Assembly: GCA_950097015.1 (NCBI GenBank)
Contig: CATNEN010000001.1
Span: 2,914,001-2,978,000, forward strand
Source of the DNA: Macrostomum hystrix
Taxonomy: Eukaryota > Animalia > Platyhelminthes
DNA length: 64,000 bases
Reading direction: 5' to 3'
Shown here: piece by piece, positions 14,201 through 25,727 of the stretch
How positions within the stretch are numbered: the stretch's first letter is position 1
How the letters are laid out: each line of letters starts with the position of its first letter
Program-made: the position numbers and the translations under genes
Notes under the pieces: generated by a model
The model's database searches: none
What the model was told of the DNA's origin: nothing
Seen by the model: the letters and a program-made list of their open reading frames with translations, nothing else

Positions 14201-15409
14201 TCACAATCTTGCCAACACCGGGTCCGACAAATGCGTTAGCCTTCAAAACGCCTAGACCATCAACTGGGCAGTCGCAGAGGCGCAGGTGTACACAACTAGA
14301 CGGCACATTGCTAACTATAGGCATTGAAACTGATGTTGATGCGACGGATACAGTCGGGCGGCAGAAACATTTGCCGCTGTTCAATGGCTGCTCTATACAG
14401 GCGCCAGGACTTATCGATTCGCTCAGATCAACCGGGCAAGCATTGTGAGGGGCACCAGCTGCGAGTCCCAGCTGGGCCAAATGAACAACTAAGATGGAAG
14501 CGAAATAATTCTGCAATTCGCGATTTTCGGAAATTTAGAAATGTAAAGAAAACATTTTATTTTCTGACACTATTCCTAAACTACAATGCTTCGGTTGATA
14601 CCCAACCTAACCTCTAATGCTTCGGCTGATACCTAACCTAAACTACAATTTTTCGACTGATACCCAACCTAACCTCTAATGCTTCGGCTGATACCTAACC
14701 TAAACTACAATTTTTCGACTGATACCCAACCTAACCTCTAATGCTTCGGCTGATACACAACCTAACCTCTAATGCTTCGGCTGATACCCAACCTAACCTC
14801 TAATGCTTCGGCTGATACACAACCTAACCTCCAATGCTTCGGCTGATACACAACCTAACCTCTAATGCTTCGGCTGATACAAAACCTAACCTCCAATGCT
14901 TCGGCTGATACACAACCTAACCTCCAATGCTTCGGCTGATACACAACCTAACCTCCAATGCTTCGGCTGATACACAACCTAACCTCCAATGCTTCGGCTG
15001 ATACACAACCTAACCTCCAATGCTTCGGCTGATACACAACCTAACCTCCAATGCTTCGGCTGATACACAACCTAACCTCTAATGCTTCGGCTGATACACA
15101 ACCTAACCTCTAATGCTTCGGCTGATACAAAACCTAACCTCCAATGCTTCGGCTGATACCCAACCTGACATCCAAATCTTCGGCTGATACCCAACCTGAC
15201 ATCCAAATCTTCGGCTGATACCCAACCTGACATCCAAATCTTCGGCTGATACCAAACCTGACATCCAAATCTTCGGCTGATACCAAACCTGACCTCCAAA
15301 TCTTCGGCTGATACCCAACCTGACCTCCAATGCTTCGGCTGATACCCAACCTGACCTCCAATGCTTCGGCTGATACCAAACCTCCTGCTTTTGTCCCAAC
15401 CTGCTGCAT
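8205..15409 (-). CDS. Toll-like receptor-like protein: signal peptide, LRR ectodomain, TM, divergent TIR-like domain; ~763 aa, 7 exons
   Basis: Exons 15409-15401, 14510-13696, 12725-12342, 12238-12073, 10817-10642, 9987-9390 and 8348-8205 splice at GT-AG sites into one 2292-nt open frame. Signal peptide MQQNYFASILVVHLAQLGLAAG. LRRs include LHLDANAL, LHISANQF, VSLAGNPL, LSLHNSGL, LRLSGNRL, LNMDSNQL. TM: GAAVLVAAVLSLIYYLQKRHR. Tail: YLLICCEKD..KIILIVLSEDLL..VIRVTI..FVAW. The TIR assignment, the 9-nt first coding exon and the last exon are the least certain parts. Confidence 0.8.
8385..9372. repeat. Intronic minisatellite, 20-bp unit gactgactgtcagggttggt with variable numbers of GACT
   Basis: Fills nearly all of intron 8349-9389. 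Confidence 0.97.
10096..10310. repeat. Intronic minisatellite, ~22-bp unit ttagggatttttatctggggat (contains TTAGGG)
   Basis: About 10 copies in intron 9988-10641, with degenerate gggatt motifs continuing to ~10610. Confidence 0.9.
10890..12060. repeat. Intronic minisatellite, 32-bp unit ttcaggctatccaactcatt(c/a)attctgaa(t/c)cc
   Basis: About 36 copies filling intron 10818-12072. Confidence 0.97.
12839..13240. repeat. Intronic minisatellite, 19-bp unit aaatgatcagaaactgaag
   Basis: About 21 copies in intron 12726-13695. Confidence 0.95.
13310..13670 (+). mobile_element. Dispersed repeat, probable tRNA-derived SINE (family 2), intronic
   Basis: B-box-like aaggtccctgagctcgattcc. The body (aagggccaacc..aaggcacagtgagagtgtacactgc..gctcaggagtcagtggaatgggcagaattgcc) recurs inverted at 45075-45295 and partly at 46405-46470. 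Confidence 0.7.
14572..15385. repeat. Intronic minisatellite, 31-bp unit aatgcttcggctgatacacaacctaacctcc
   Basis: About 26 copies filling predicted intron 14511-15400. Confidence 0.96.
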
Positions 15410-15678
15410 GCTTTTTCCAAAGCTACATGCAGAAATAAAAATAATACTTAACACACGAATAAAACGTTTTGAATTTCGCACAGAACACAAGTAATGTTTT
15501 CGCAAATATTCAAAATCGTACAAATTGTGCTAATTGTGCTACAACGAGTACCTATGAAGTCATGCAAAATAAATGCAAAAACAACTGAAGCAATGACGAA
15601 TTTTCGAATTATCATTCAAAGAGGCAATGCATAAAACACTTAAGTAGGCAGTTTTTATGCTATTAAAATTAGTTATTT

Positions 15679-17189
15679 TTACTTTCTCTTGCTACGGAAG
15701 CATCGATCCTCAATTCGACCAATCAGCGTTGAAACCAATGAATTTATCTTTATCTTCAACGGTGTTGTGTATCGAAACACACCAAGTCGTCGATGTTTAG
15801 CATCAAATTCGGCTGCTAAGAGTCTAGACTGCAGCGTCACCCAGTGCTGCTGCTGCTGATGCTGACTGTTCGCGCTTTCACCAGCTGATGACTGATTCCA
15901 TTGAAGACTATAACGTGCCAGACCTTTTGACACAATCTGCTCGGCAATGCAACGATACTTGAATGGCGATAGAGATAACAGACGCCATTGATAGACTTCG
16001 CATAGAGCAATCTGATTACCATTGTTGACATCGTTGCCTAGCAACTGCAAGATTCGAACCCGGGCTGTTCGACCTGTTAACCGACGCTGCAGCCAACTGA
16101 AGGCATTTTGCCCACTGACCAGTTCAACCCCAGCTAGACGTAGGTGCAGAAATGGATCTCCGTCTGTATTTTTACTAGGAATAAGAAATGAGAGCACAGG
16201 CTCATGCTTAGCAACTAAATCTAGGTAGGCGCCCTTTGCTCCAGCATCAGTTTTCAACACTGGCACTCTCAGGCAGCGAATAACTCGAATTCGAAACACC
16301 CAATCACCATTTTTAACCTCGGCTGGTAGATGGGCAATACTTGGCCATAGACGCATCCAATAGCGATGCCTGGCAAGAGTTATTAGGCCGACAACACCTA
16401 GGCCAATAGGGATTTTCTGCAGATGATTTGGGATTTCATAATTCTTCAGGAGTAAATAAATTTCAATATAAAAAGTAACAATAGATTTGCAAAAGTCCTT
16501 CATATCTATAAACTGACTTTGCTAAAAAGCCATCATTTATCTATCTGCAGTGGCAGATCTAGGAAGGAGCCCACTAACTGTTGGTGATTTAAGTTTGATT
16601 TTATTTCTCATAGTCAGAGTAAATCTAATTTTTCGCTTTATAATCGTCTAACTACTTTTATGGACTATGTTTCAGTGTCATTACTTTGATTAATAATTTA
16701 CCCAAAGAAAAAAGAAAGAGGAGAGATTAGAAAAAACTGAGAGGGATTTATAAAAGAGCAGAAATATGGAGCTAGGCCATATCTAACTAGGTGTCCTAAA
16801 TTTATTATTTAACTTATGGTAAATTAAGAAAGTAGAAAACCTTACCAATTAAGAAATAAACTTAAACCATTTGGCTTAAAGTCCTAAACATACGCTTAAA
16901 TCAGTCTATTTAATTTTTAGAATACTATTAATCATATTGAAATAAGAATTTTCATAACTACTTCTTAACTTAATGTCTTTAACACTCTTACTTTATACTA
17001 TAATTTTTATTCTGACAAAGTATTACTGTTCATAACTTAAATCATTATTAATAGCTCAAAATAAGTAATCACTATGATTTTTAGCTAATTTCTAAAATAA
17101 CATGTTAAAAAAACACAAAAATTACTTACTGAAATCCATGAAAAGTTTTTGTCAACAAATGTATATGCATCATCCATCCATGACCTCAT
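15679..17189 (-). CDS. C3orf33: C3orf33-like protein (N-terminal TM, staphylococcal nuclease/TNase-like fold), ~265 aa, 2 coding exons
   Basis: Exon 17189-17130 (MRSWMDDAYTFVDKNFSWIS|gtaagt) joins ctgcag|16416-15679 in frame. Hydrophobic IPIGLGVVGLITLA, HEPVL, LRLAGVE, EQIVSKGLA and AEFDAKHRRLGVF match the SNase-like pattern as recalled; not searched. Confidence 0.72.
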
Positions 17190-17636
17190 TGTGAAATTTT
17201 TAATCTATGCATTGAAACCTGAAAAGTATAGTTTTCATAGTTTATTAATGTGGTAGGCTAGTTTTACATTCTTTTGCTCACACAATATAGTATAAACTAA
17301 CAGTATGTATGATTCTTAGAAAATTCATAATATACACATATAATTTTGCTTTGTTTTAATTCTATATGCTTTAATTCTTTGTTTCACTATGCATGCCCAC
17401 CCCCAATTTGTGCTATATATAAAAAAATTTCCCCAACCTAAAAATCAATGGTCCGCGAGATGGAAGTTCTTAAATATATGTTTTATAAGCAAGGAGTTCT
17501 TTCACTTAAAAATTCACTCATGTTTTGTGTTGGATATTTGGTGGTAAAGGCGAAAGCTAAAGTGGTTATCAGAGACTCAGAATCAGTTATATAGAACAAT
17601 AGAGTAAATAATACAAACGTTGTGTTTGATTGGTAC

Positions 17637-17918
17637 CATACATGCATAACACCTGGCCGACCCGGCCAAACCAGCCGGGTGAAACGAGGGCCAAGCAAGG
17701 TAAGTCGCAAAAACCAATCGACCAAGTGCAAAAAAATCAAAGGGGGGGACCAAGGGACAAAAAAGGAAGGCGTGAAGAAAAGGAAAAAGGGGACAGAAAA
17801 AGAGAGCAAATGAGAGCAAACTAAGTCGTAAATAGAGCAATGAAACGAACTAAGTCGCAAATGAGAGCAAAAACTAAGTCGCAAGGCTGGCTAAGATTTG
17901 GGAGGTTGCGCATGTATG
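17637..17918. mobile_element. MITE with 8-bp TSD (hAT-like)
   Basis: Imperfect TIRs catacatgcataac / gttgcgcatgtatg; flanks attggtac (17629-17636) and attggtgc (17919-17926). Confidence 0.75.
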
Positions 17919-19389
17919 ATTGGTGCCCTCCAATCCATTGGAGCCTTTAAAGGCTGGTTATAACCAATAATGTTAAAGAGTGATTCTATACAGTTTGAGA
18001 GTTAAAAAGTGTCTTACCATTCAGGCACTTGTACTTTGTTACCACAGTTATTGAATATACATATATATAATTAAAGTGTTAGGCCTATAGTTCCCTATAA
18101 TTGGGTAAATTTAAATATAATGAAAGTTGACTATTGTTATTAACTAAACATTTTGCAGTGGATAAATATAAGAAACTTAAAGAAGAAAGGAGCCCTATGA
18201 CATTAAAATTAATATAAGCAATATAATATTTTAGCATATAGCTAGCTTGTATCCTTAATCCATATGACACAGATGTTACTAAGGTTAAGTTAAAAGTTGC
18301 AGCATCTAAGTAGGTAAAGTAAGTCACATCTATGCAATGCTTTTAATTGTATGTAAGCTAACTATATAAATTAAAGACCAATAGTAAATAATAATACAAA
18401 TACTAACCAATGATACAAAAAAGATAAATGTCCATACATGCCAATTTAAACCATGTAAAAAAAGTTGTCTTCTTGTTGTTCCACCTTGTTGTGACTGCTA
18501 TGGTGATATGTGGACCCTTCTGACCAGCAACTTTCTAGTATACACTTTGACCCACATGGCAAATTGCTGCAAGCGTCTTATGAAGCCGTCAATTCCATGT
18601 TCATCAATAAGTTAAGTCTATGGATTTCTCAGTCAGCCAGGCTCACTGAGATTATAGAAACCAGGCTGCTGTCAGTCAGCCTGGCTAAATGAGCCACGCT
18701 AACTTGAATAAAACTTGGCTAAATGTAAAAGTAAACCAAATGTACACCTAAAAAGTGTACTTACTTATCTATATATATAAAAGTGAAAACTCTGTCTGTC
18801 TGTCTGTCTGTGTGCAACCTTTTGTCTTTATAGACGCCGAAACCGCTCAACCAAATCGCACCAAACTTTGCACATACCTAAAACCACCTACGCTGAGTGC
18901 AATAGGCTACTCAAATTCCCGAAAAATCATTTCCTTCCTGCTCAAAAGTGCAAAAAACTGCTCAAAAATCGTCAAAAAATCACTCAATTCGACATATCGT
19001 CGCCCCACTTTGTCAGATTTTCTCCAAATTTGATCCACTTACACTTTACATGTTTTCCAACAATGCTATCAATTTTGAACATTTCTACTCAATCCAGAGC
19101 AAAGCTGCATCATCTCAAAGTGAGTCACTTTTTGTTTTCCGAGGACAGCCACCCCAACTCCCCTCCGCCACTCTGCGGGCCAAATTTTATTACAGCCACC
19201 CCCTCCCTTCCCCGGGCGCCAAAGCCCCAGACTGTACATTGTATTTCAAGCCGTGAATGTACACAGCCCAAACCCCTAGACTGTCTACTGGCCCCCAAGC
19301 AGCACTGAGACTGAGTGCGGTGGCGTCCCAGTGCGCAGGGCGATATTTCTCTCCAGCCAGCCTGGGATAGAAGAAAGAGAGAGGCTGGC

Positions 19390-20355
19390 GATCAACTGAT
19401 GGGTGGTGTCACTCTGCTGCTGTCTGGAGACTTTAGACAGACGCTGCCTGTGATTCCGCGTGGCACTCCTGCTGATGAGATTAATGCTTGCCTAAAATCA
19501 TCTCACCTGTGGCCATCGGTTGTGAAGTTGCACCTACGAACAAACATGAGAGCTACAATTCAAGGAGACGAAACAGCTCATGAGTTCTCTGCCAATCTAT
19601 TGCGAATCGGCAATGGTCTGCTGGAGATTAGCACCGAGGATGGGCAGTCATCGATCGCTACAATCGGAACCATTGTGCAGTCAGTGCAGGAGCTCAAGGC
19701 AAAAGTTTACCCGAACCTGATGGTTCGATATGCTGACGTTGACTGGCTGTCAGAGAGGGCAATTCTGTGTCCTAGAAATGATGCCGCCAACGAAATTAAC
19801 TACCAACTGCTTCAGGAGTTGCCAGGTGCAGTTTTCACCTACAAGTCAATTGATACAACGTTGACTGATGACACCGCTGTGGAGTATCCTGTTGAGTTTC
19901 TGAACTCTCTAGATCCTCCTGGAACTCCATCGCACAACTTGCAGCTGAAAGTTGGGGCACCAATTATGCTCCTCCGCAACCTGAATGCGCCAAGGCTGTG
20001 TAACGGCACCAGACTGATAGTCAGCCGGCTCTTCCCACACGTGATTGAGGCCACGATAATGACTGGATCTGGCAGAGGAGAGTCTGTGTTCGTTCCCCGG
20101 ATTCCAATTATCCCCACGGACCTGCCATTTCAGTTCAAGCGACTGCAGTTCCCTGTGAGAGTGTGCTTTGCGATGACTATTAACAAGGCTCAGGGACAGT
20201 CGCTGAAGGTGGCTGGCATCAACCTGGAGACTCCTTGCTTCTCGCATGGGCAGCTTTATGTTGCCTGCTCCCGTGTTGGAACTCCAGCTGGCCTATTCAT
20301 TTTCGCACCAAGGGGAAGAACGAAGAATGTGGTGTATCCCCAGGCCTTGAGGTGA
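19390..20355 (+). pseudogene. C-terminal part of the Helitron RepHel Pif1-like SF1 helicase (Rep domain and helicase motifs I-II deleted)
   Basis: GGVTLLLSGDFRQTLPV, LRTNMR, RAILCPRN, LKVGAPIMLLRNL..LCNGTRL, QFPVRVCFAMTINKAQGQSL, FSHGQLYVACSRV. No Walker A motif and no HUH Rep domain upstream. Confidence 0.9.
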
Positions 20356-20507
20356 CTCGCAAGCAATTAATAGAAAAGTAGTCACGAATTGACCTTGACC
20401 TGTCTAACTCTGAACTCTGAAACAGTTTAATTTTGTTTCTTTGACATTGTTATTGTTATGCCATGGCTATTTTCCTTATGTATACACGTGTACATGCATA
20501 CTGTATA

Positions 20508-20783
20508 CAGAGGCAGATTTAGGGGGGGCGGGGGGGGGGGGCAGTCGCCCCCCTAAATTTTAATCATGGGAATAAGATGCCCCCACCAGGGGCGCCAGTC
20601 GCAGCACTGGCGCCCCTTTTCGGCCGCTGGCGCCCCTTTTCGGCCGCTGGCTCCCGTTTTTCAGCCGCTGGCGCCCTTTCTTGGCTCCTGGCGCCCTTTT
20701 TCGGCCGCTGGCACCCCCTCTGTGATTCTCATGGCGCTCCCCTGACAGACCGCCCCAAGACAAAATTCCTGGATCTGCCACTG
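20508..20783. mobile_element. hAT-like MITE nested in the Helitron
   Basis: TIRs cagaggcagatttagg / cctggatctgccactg; perfect 8-bp TSD actgtata (20500-20507 and 20784-20791); internal ggcgcccctttt repeats. A TIR-like remnant cagtggcagatctagg lies at ~16548-16563. Confidence 0.9.
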
Positions 20784-21599
20784 ACTGTATAGAGAAGTGG
20801 CTAAGAGACATGTTTCTAAAGAAGTAATCAAGAGGGGGCTGTTTGGACAAACTTTTCACTTATTTTTTACTTAAAACGCCCTTAAACAAACTCTTCACTT
20901 TTCATTAATGCAGTAAATAAATAAATGGTGACCTTCACTATAAAGTTAATACAGAGACGTGAATTGCTTACTGCTTTGCTTTAAATTTCTGCCCCAAAAA
21001 CAACGGGCAAAAAAAGCTAGTTTAATAATAAATAAGCTAATATTAATGACTGGGCAACTAAACTAAAGCTTTTGTAGGCCTAATTTAGTAAAGTGTTACA
21101 ACTGTTTTGTAAAAATATGATAATAAAAAATCGAATATAATTAAACTGTAGGCCTAACTGGTAGTGGTACCCTCCTATCCATTGGAGCCTTTAGTAAATA
21201 ATAAATAGTAAATAGTAAATAGTAAATAACAGCATATCTAATAATGATAATAAAATCAATTGCAAAACTTAAGCAATGCACTTAATTTAAAACCTAAGCA
21301 AACTAGGTAGGTGCCTAGACCTAACTTCAATTGAAGCCAGAGTTAATTCGGTAAAGCCAGCCAAGTAACTCCAGTTATTTGATTTAAAAGTGAAAAGTGA
21401 AAAATTTTAAACTGCAAAGCGAAAACGAAAACTCATGTGACGTTGTCTCTCTAATTTAATGTAATTTTAATATGCCAGTTAGAATTATGTGCAATTCTTT
21501 CTTTAGCTATAATTGTTAGGGATATTTCTTCGGTTTTCCATTAATAGGCCCTATTTATAATGGTTTTGTTTTAGTGTACTACATAGTCGTAGGTTTCGT

Positions 21600-23196
21600 C
21601 ACGGGGTCCATGTTACACTCCATAAAGCCAATTCTGCGTTACAATCCGAGCCTTCAAAGCGGTACTCTGCGCGCAGCGGCGTAGAGATACGCGCAGCTTT
21701 AGCTTTCAAAGCTCCTCTACCCCTGCTCCTCTACCCCCTGCTCCTCTACCCCTGCTCCTCTTCTGGCCCTGCTACTCTACCCCTGCTCCTCTTCCCCTGC
21801 TCCACTACCCACTGCTCCTTAAACCCTGCTCCTCTACCCTTAATCCTCTACCTCTGCTCCTCTACCCCTGCTCCTCTACTATACTGCTCCTCTACCCTTA
21901 CTTCTCTACCCCTGCTCCTCTACCCCTGCTCCTCTACCCCTGCTCCTCTTCTGGCCCTGCTTCTCTAGCCCTGCTCCTCTACTCCTGCACGTCTACCCCT
22001 GCTCCTCTAACCCCTGCTCCTCTACCCCTGCTCCTCTACACCTTGCACCTCTAATGGCCCTGCTCCTCTACCCCTGCTTCTCTACCCCTGCTCCTCTACC
22101 CCTGCTCCTCTACCCCTGCTCCTCTACCCCTGGTCCTCTACACCTTGCTCCTCTAATGACCCTGCTCCTCTACCCCTGCTTCTCTACCCCTGCTCCTCTA
22201 CCCACTGCTCCTCTACCCCTGCTCCTTTTCTGGCCCTGCTTCTCTACCCCTGCTCCTCTACCCCTGCTCCTTTTCTGGCCCTGCTTCTCTAGCCCTGCTC
22301 CTCTACTCCTGCCTCTACCCCTACTCATCTACCCGCCTGCTCCTCTACTCCTGCTCCTCTTCTGGCCCTGCTACTCTACCCCTGCTCCTCTTCCCCTGCT
22401 CCACTACCCACTGCTCCTTAACCCCTGCTCCTCTACCCTTAATCGTCTACCTCTGCTCCTCTACCCCTGCTCCTCTACCCACTGCTCCTCTACTATTGCT
22501 CCTCTACTATTGCTCCTCTACTATTGCTCCTCTACCCTTACTTCTCTACCCCTGCTCCTCTACCCCTGCTCCTCTACCCACTGCTCCTCTACTAACCCTG
22601 CTCCTCTACCCACTGCTCCTCTACTAACCCTGCTCCTCTACCCCTGCTCTTCTTCCCCTGCTCCTCTGCCCCCTGCTTCTACCCCCCTTGCTCTACACCC
22701 CACTGTTCTTACGCCCTTTCTTGTGCCGCCCAGGTACTTGCCAGATCTGGGAAAAATTTGTCCTCTCTCCCACCATGCCTGCCATTCCCCGCCATCCTTG
22801 ATAGTCCCCTCCCCCATTCTCCTTGGCATTCCTCCAGCCATCCTTGACAGTCCCCTCCCCTCCCTCATCCTCCCTGGCCTTGACAGTCCCTGGCTAGCAA
22901 GCTAGCAAATTATAATTAGCAATAATAGGCCGATAGGAAACAATAACATACAAACTAATTGTAAAGACACTGCATCGAATCGATTAAATTGATCCTGGTA
23001 ACTCTTTCTAAAAAAGTCAGTCATTGAAACGGTATCTAATTAAACAGCATTGATTATATATTATATTTATGCACGTAGATTTGTGCCCCATATTAAAGCA
23101 TTGCATTGGCTTTGAAAGCTAAAGCTGCGCGCAGAGTACCGCTTTGAAGGCTCGGATTGTAACGCAGAATTGGCTTAATGGAGTGTAACACGGGTG
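21600..23196. mobile_element. Non-autonomous TIR element with ~85-110-bp inverted ends and minisatellite cargo
   Basis: 21608-21712 is the near-perfect reverse complement of 23109-23193, apart from a ~20-bp insertion on the left. Ends are CAC..GTG, flanked by the direct repeat gtttcgt (21593-21599 and 23197-23203). Confidence 0.8.
21712..22705. repeat. 14-bp minisatellite ctcctctacccctg inside the TIR element
   Basis: Direct periodicity; begins immediately at the inner edge of the left TIR. Confidence 0.95.
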
Positions 23197-23850
23197 GTTT
23201 CGTATTCAAATGTGCTAATTAGGCCTTTCCAGGAAGGCTCCCTCTCCACCGGGCTAGTTCTACGACTGAGTGCTGGTTGTTATTTTATCAGTGGCTAATC
23301 TGAACTGTAGCCGTAGCTGTGTTTCAAGTGAAATCCATTGAGTAGCTCTGTAACCCATCTAAGATACAGCCAGCATTCGCCGTAAAGACGATCTCTTAAT
23401 TCGAAGGCCCAATTTATTGCATGAGAGTGCTTTCCGCTACAAGGTTTTGTAACGATTGATAATTTACCTTACTAATAAAATAAACCGAAACTGCTACGCC
23501 TATTCGTTGAAACCGAAACTTCGTCATGCTCATTAAACGGGCGCCTCTGTATTTCTAAGAAATGCTTCAATTTAAAATTGTTCAGTTTCGAATAACGCTA
23601 GTGCGTGGCATCGTCATTTGGAAATTAGATTTGCTATTATAAAGCTTTAAATTAGAAAGCATTATAACTCGGTTAAGATAAACTACCGATTTAGACTTTT
23701 GTTTTGTGCAGAGTTATATGAATACTTAAAAAATTGCCCGCAATCTAATCCGTTTTCTAATCGTTTGAGCAGCTTGATTACGATGATCATCATGTGTTCT
23801 TCGTACTACTAGTTTAAACTTGAACTTGAAATTTTCTTAACAGTAGAAAT

Positions 23851-24350
23851 ACTACGTAGATATTTCAAATACCCAACCCTAATTTTCTTTTTTTTTGCAT
23901 TTCCTAAAATATTCAACCAATCGCCAAAAAATCTAGAACACGGGCTAAAATTTTCCGCTTTATTCGATGAAACAACTTTGAGCATCACAAAACATCGGCG
24001 CATCATCGAGATATCGTTTCTCGTCTCATGCGATTCTCGTCTGGGTTGCTGGTGGCAAAAAAAGCACAAATTTAGGCATAATCTTTCTGCCCAGAAAATT
24101 TATTCAAGTAGCTGAGTCGGCCATCATGGCTGACTATTTTGGATTAACGAAATGGTTTTTTAATTTTTTTATCCAAATATTGTTTCTCTATAATGTTTAC
24201 AATGAAAATCTCGACGATGCTGACTGCTGAAATCCGAAAGTTAGTTCATCGTAAAGGTGGTGGATTTCACGAAAATCGTTTGAATCAAAATTTTCGATTT
24301 AAGAATCATTGTGAAGTAGGTGCTGTGGGTATTTGAAATACCACCGTTGT
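23851..24350. mobile_element. Degenerate inverted-repeat element (MITE-like), with a second partial copy at ~54360-54500
   Basis: Perfect 15-bp inverted repeat tatttcaaataccca (23861-23875) / tgggtatttgaaata (24326-24340). Internal ttcaaccaatcgcc..aaatctagaacacgggctaaaattttc..tgaaacaac is shared with 54416-54490. Confidence 0.55.
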
Positions 24351-25727
24351 CTTCCCACGGCGGAATAATTAATAGCATTGCTTCAATACTTTCTATATAA
24401 CCTACAGTTACAGTGTGAAATCTCTCATTATTTTCTTATCTATATATCCCTATATATTTTGAGGAACATATGCATTAAGAAAGTGTGCGCATATTTTAAA
24501 CCTACATGTGGATCTGAAAATATTTTTAGCCGGAATCATTTAAGGCTGTTCAATGGCAATTGGTAGATTTTCCATTCGAATCGAAACTGCGCTTATAGTT
24601 ATGTCAGATAAGTGGTACTTTGACAGTAGTGTTCATTAAATTTAATATTTTTAGAAGATTACTACCCGTCTTAAATCGAATCACATTACGAATATCATGA
24701 TGCTGTACCAATAGACATTGGTACTATATGCAAAGGAAGAAAGAAAATTAATTTAAACACAGTTATTTCACATCACATGCACGATCCGATTCTGACCATG
24801 TCATGTAATTAGCTTGTACATACCGATGTACAATTGTAATTCATTGACACGATCACTTTTTTATTAAAACAATAACTATACGGACAAACACAACTATACT
24901 TACTTAGCTGCATCAATGTGACATGAACTTGCGATAGACTAATTTAGGTATGATATTTTTAAGCAAGTTTTTATACAGAATATATTGAAGCCGATGTATT
25001 ATAAATTGCCGCAGTAAATTACAAGTACACACCAGGTCACGATGACTGCGATACGCATGTTTTATGGCTATAAAATATTGTGGAACAGCGGGCGTATAGT
25101 AATATTGATATTTAATGTAATGCGTACTCGTACAAGAGTCACGTCGCCTGGCCCACTATAGAACCTTTTCACGCCTTCATAAATTATATTATGTTGTGTA
25201 TTATATATTGTAAGGGTTGAATGCAAGGCAGTATCCCGCTCCGCACAGTTTACAGACGTATATAACTTATACACATACCTGCATGCGCGCGCACAGTAAT
25301 AAAGCAGTCACACCGCGGGCACGCGACCCCGCCGCCCGGGCTCAAAGGGAGGCCGCCACCCCACCTCCCCTGATAAGATTAACAACCTCTCTCTAACACC
25401 GCATCTCTATTTCTTCTAGTCTCTCTTTCCATTCTCGCACTTAAGTGCGCCTAATTCGTATATGTAAATACGTTATAGATTTTTTATACAAGCACATGCG
25501 GCGCTGGTCAAACAATCTAGATTCCAAAAATTTTGTGTTTTGATCGTCTCTTCCTATACCAATATACGCAATATGTACGAGCATGTCTGTGTATTAATTT
25601 TATAAATTCAATGGACTGTAATGTGCATGTGCATTCTATTATACTCGTACATGCTGCATGTTCACGCAACCTATGCTTTTGCTCAGCACAACTTTGCTTT
25701 TCCAACCTCGCCACTCACTGGCAATGG

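Larger units (their letters stand above)
18768..21020 (+). mobile_element. Internally deleted Helitron
   Basis: 5' end a|TCTATATATATAAAAGTG followed by (TCTG)n. 3' hairpin gccc..gggc, then CTAG|t. Inserted between A and T with no TSD. Carries a Pif1-type helicase fragment. Confidence 0.9.
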
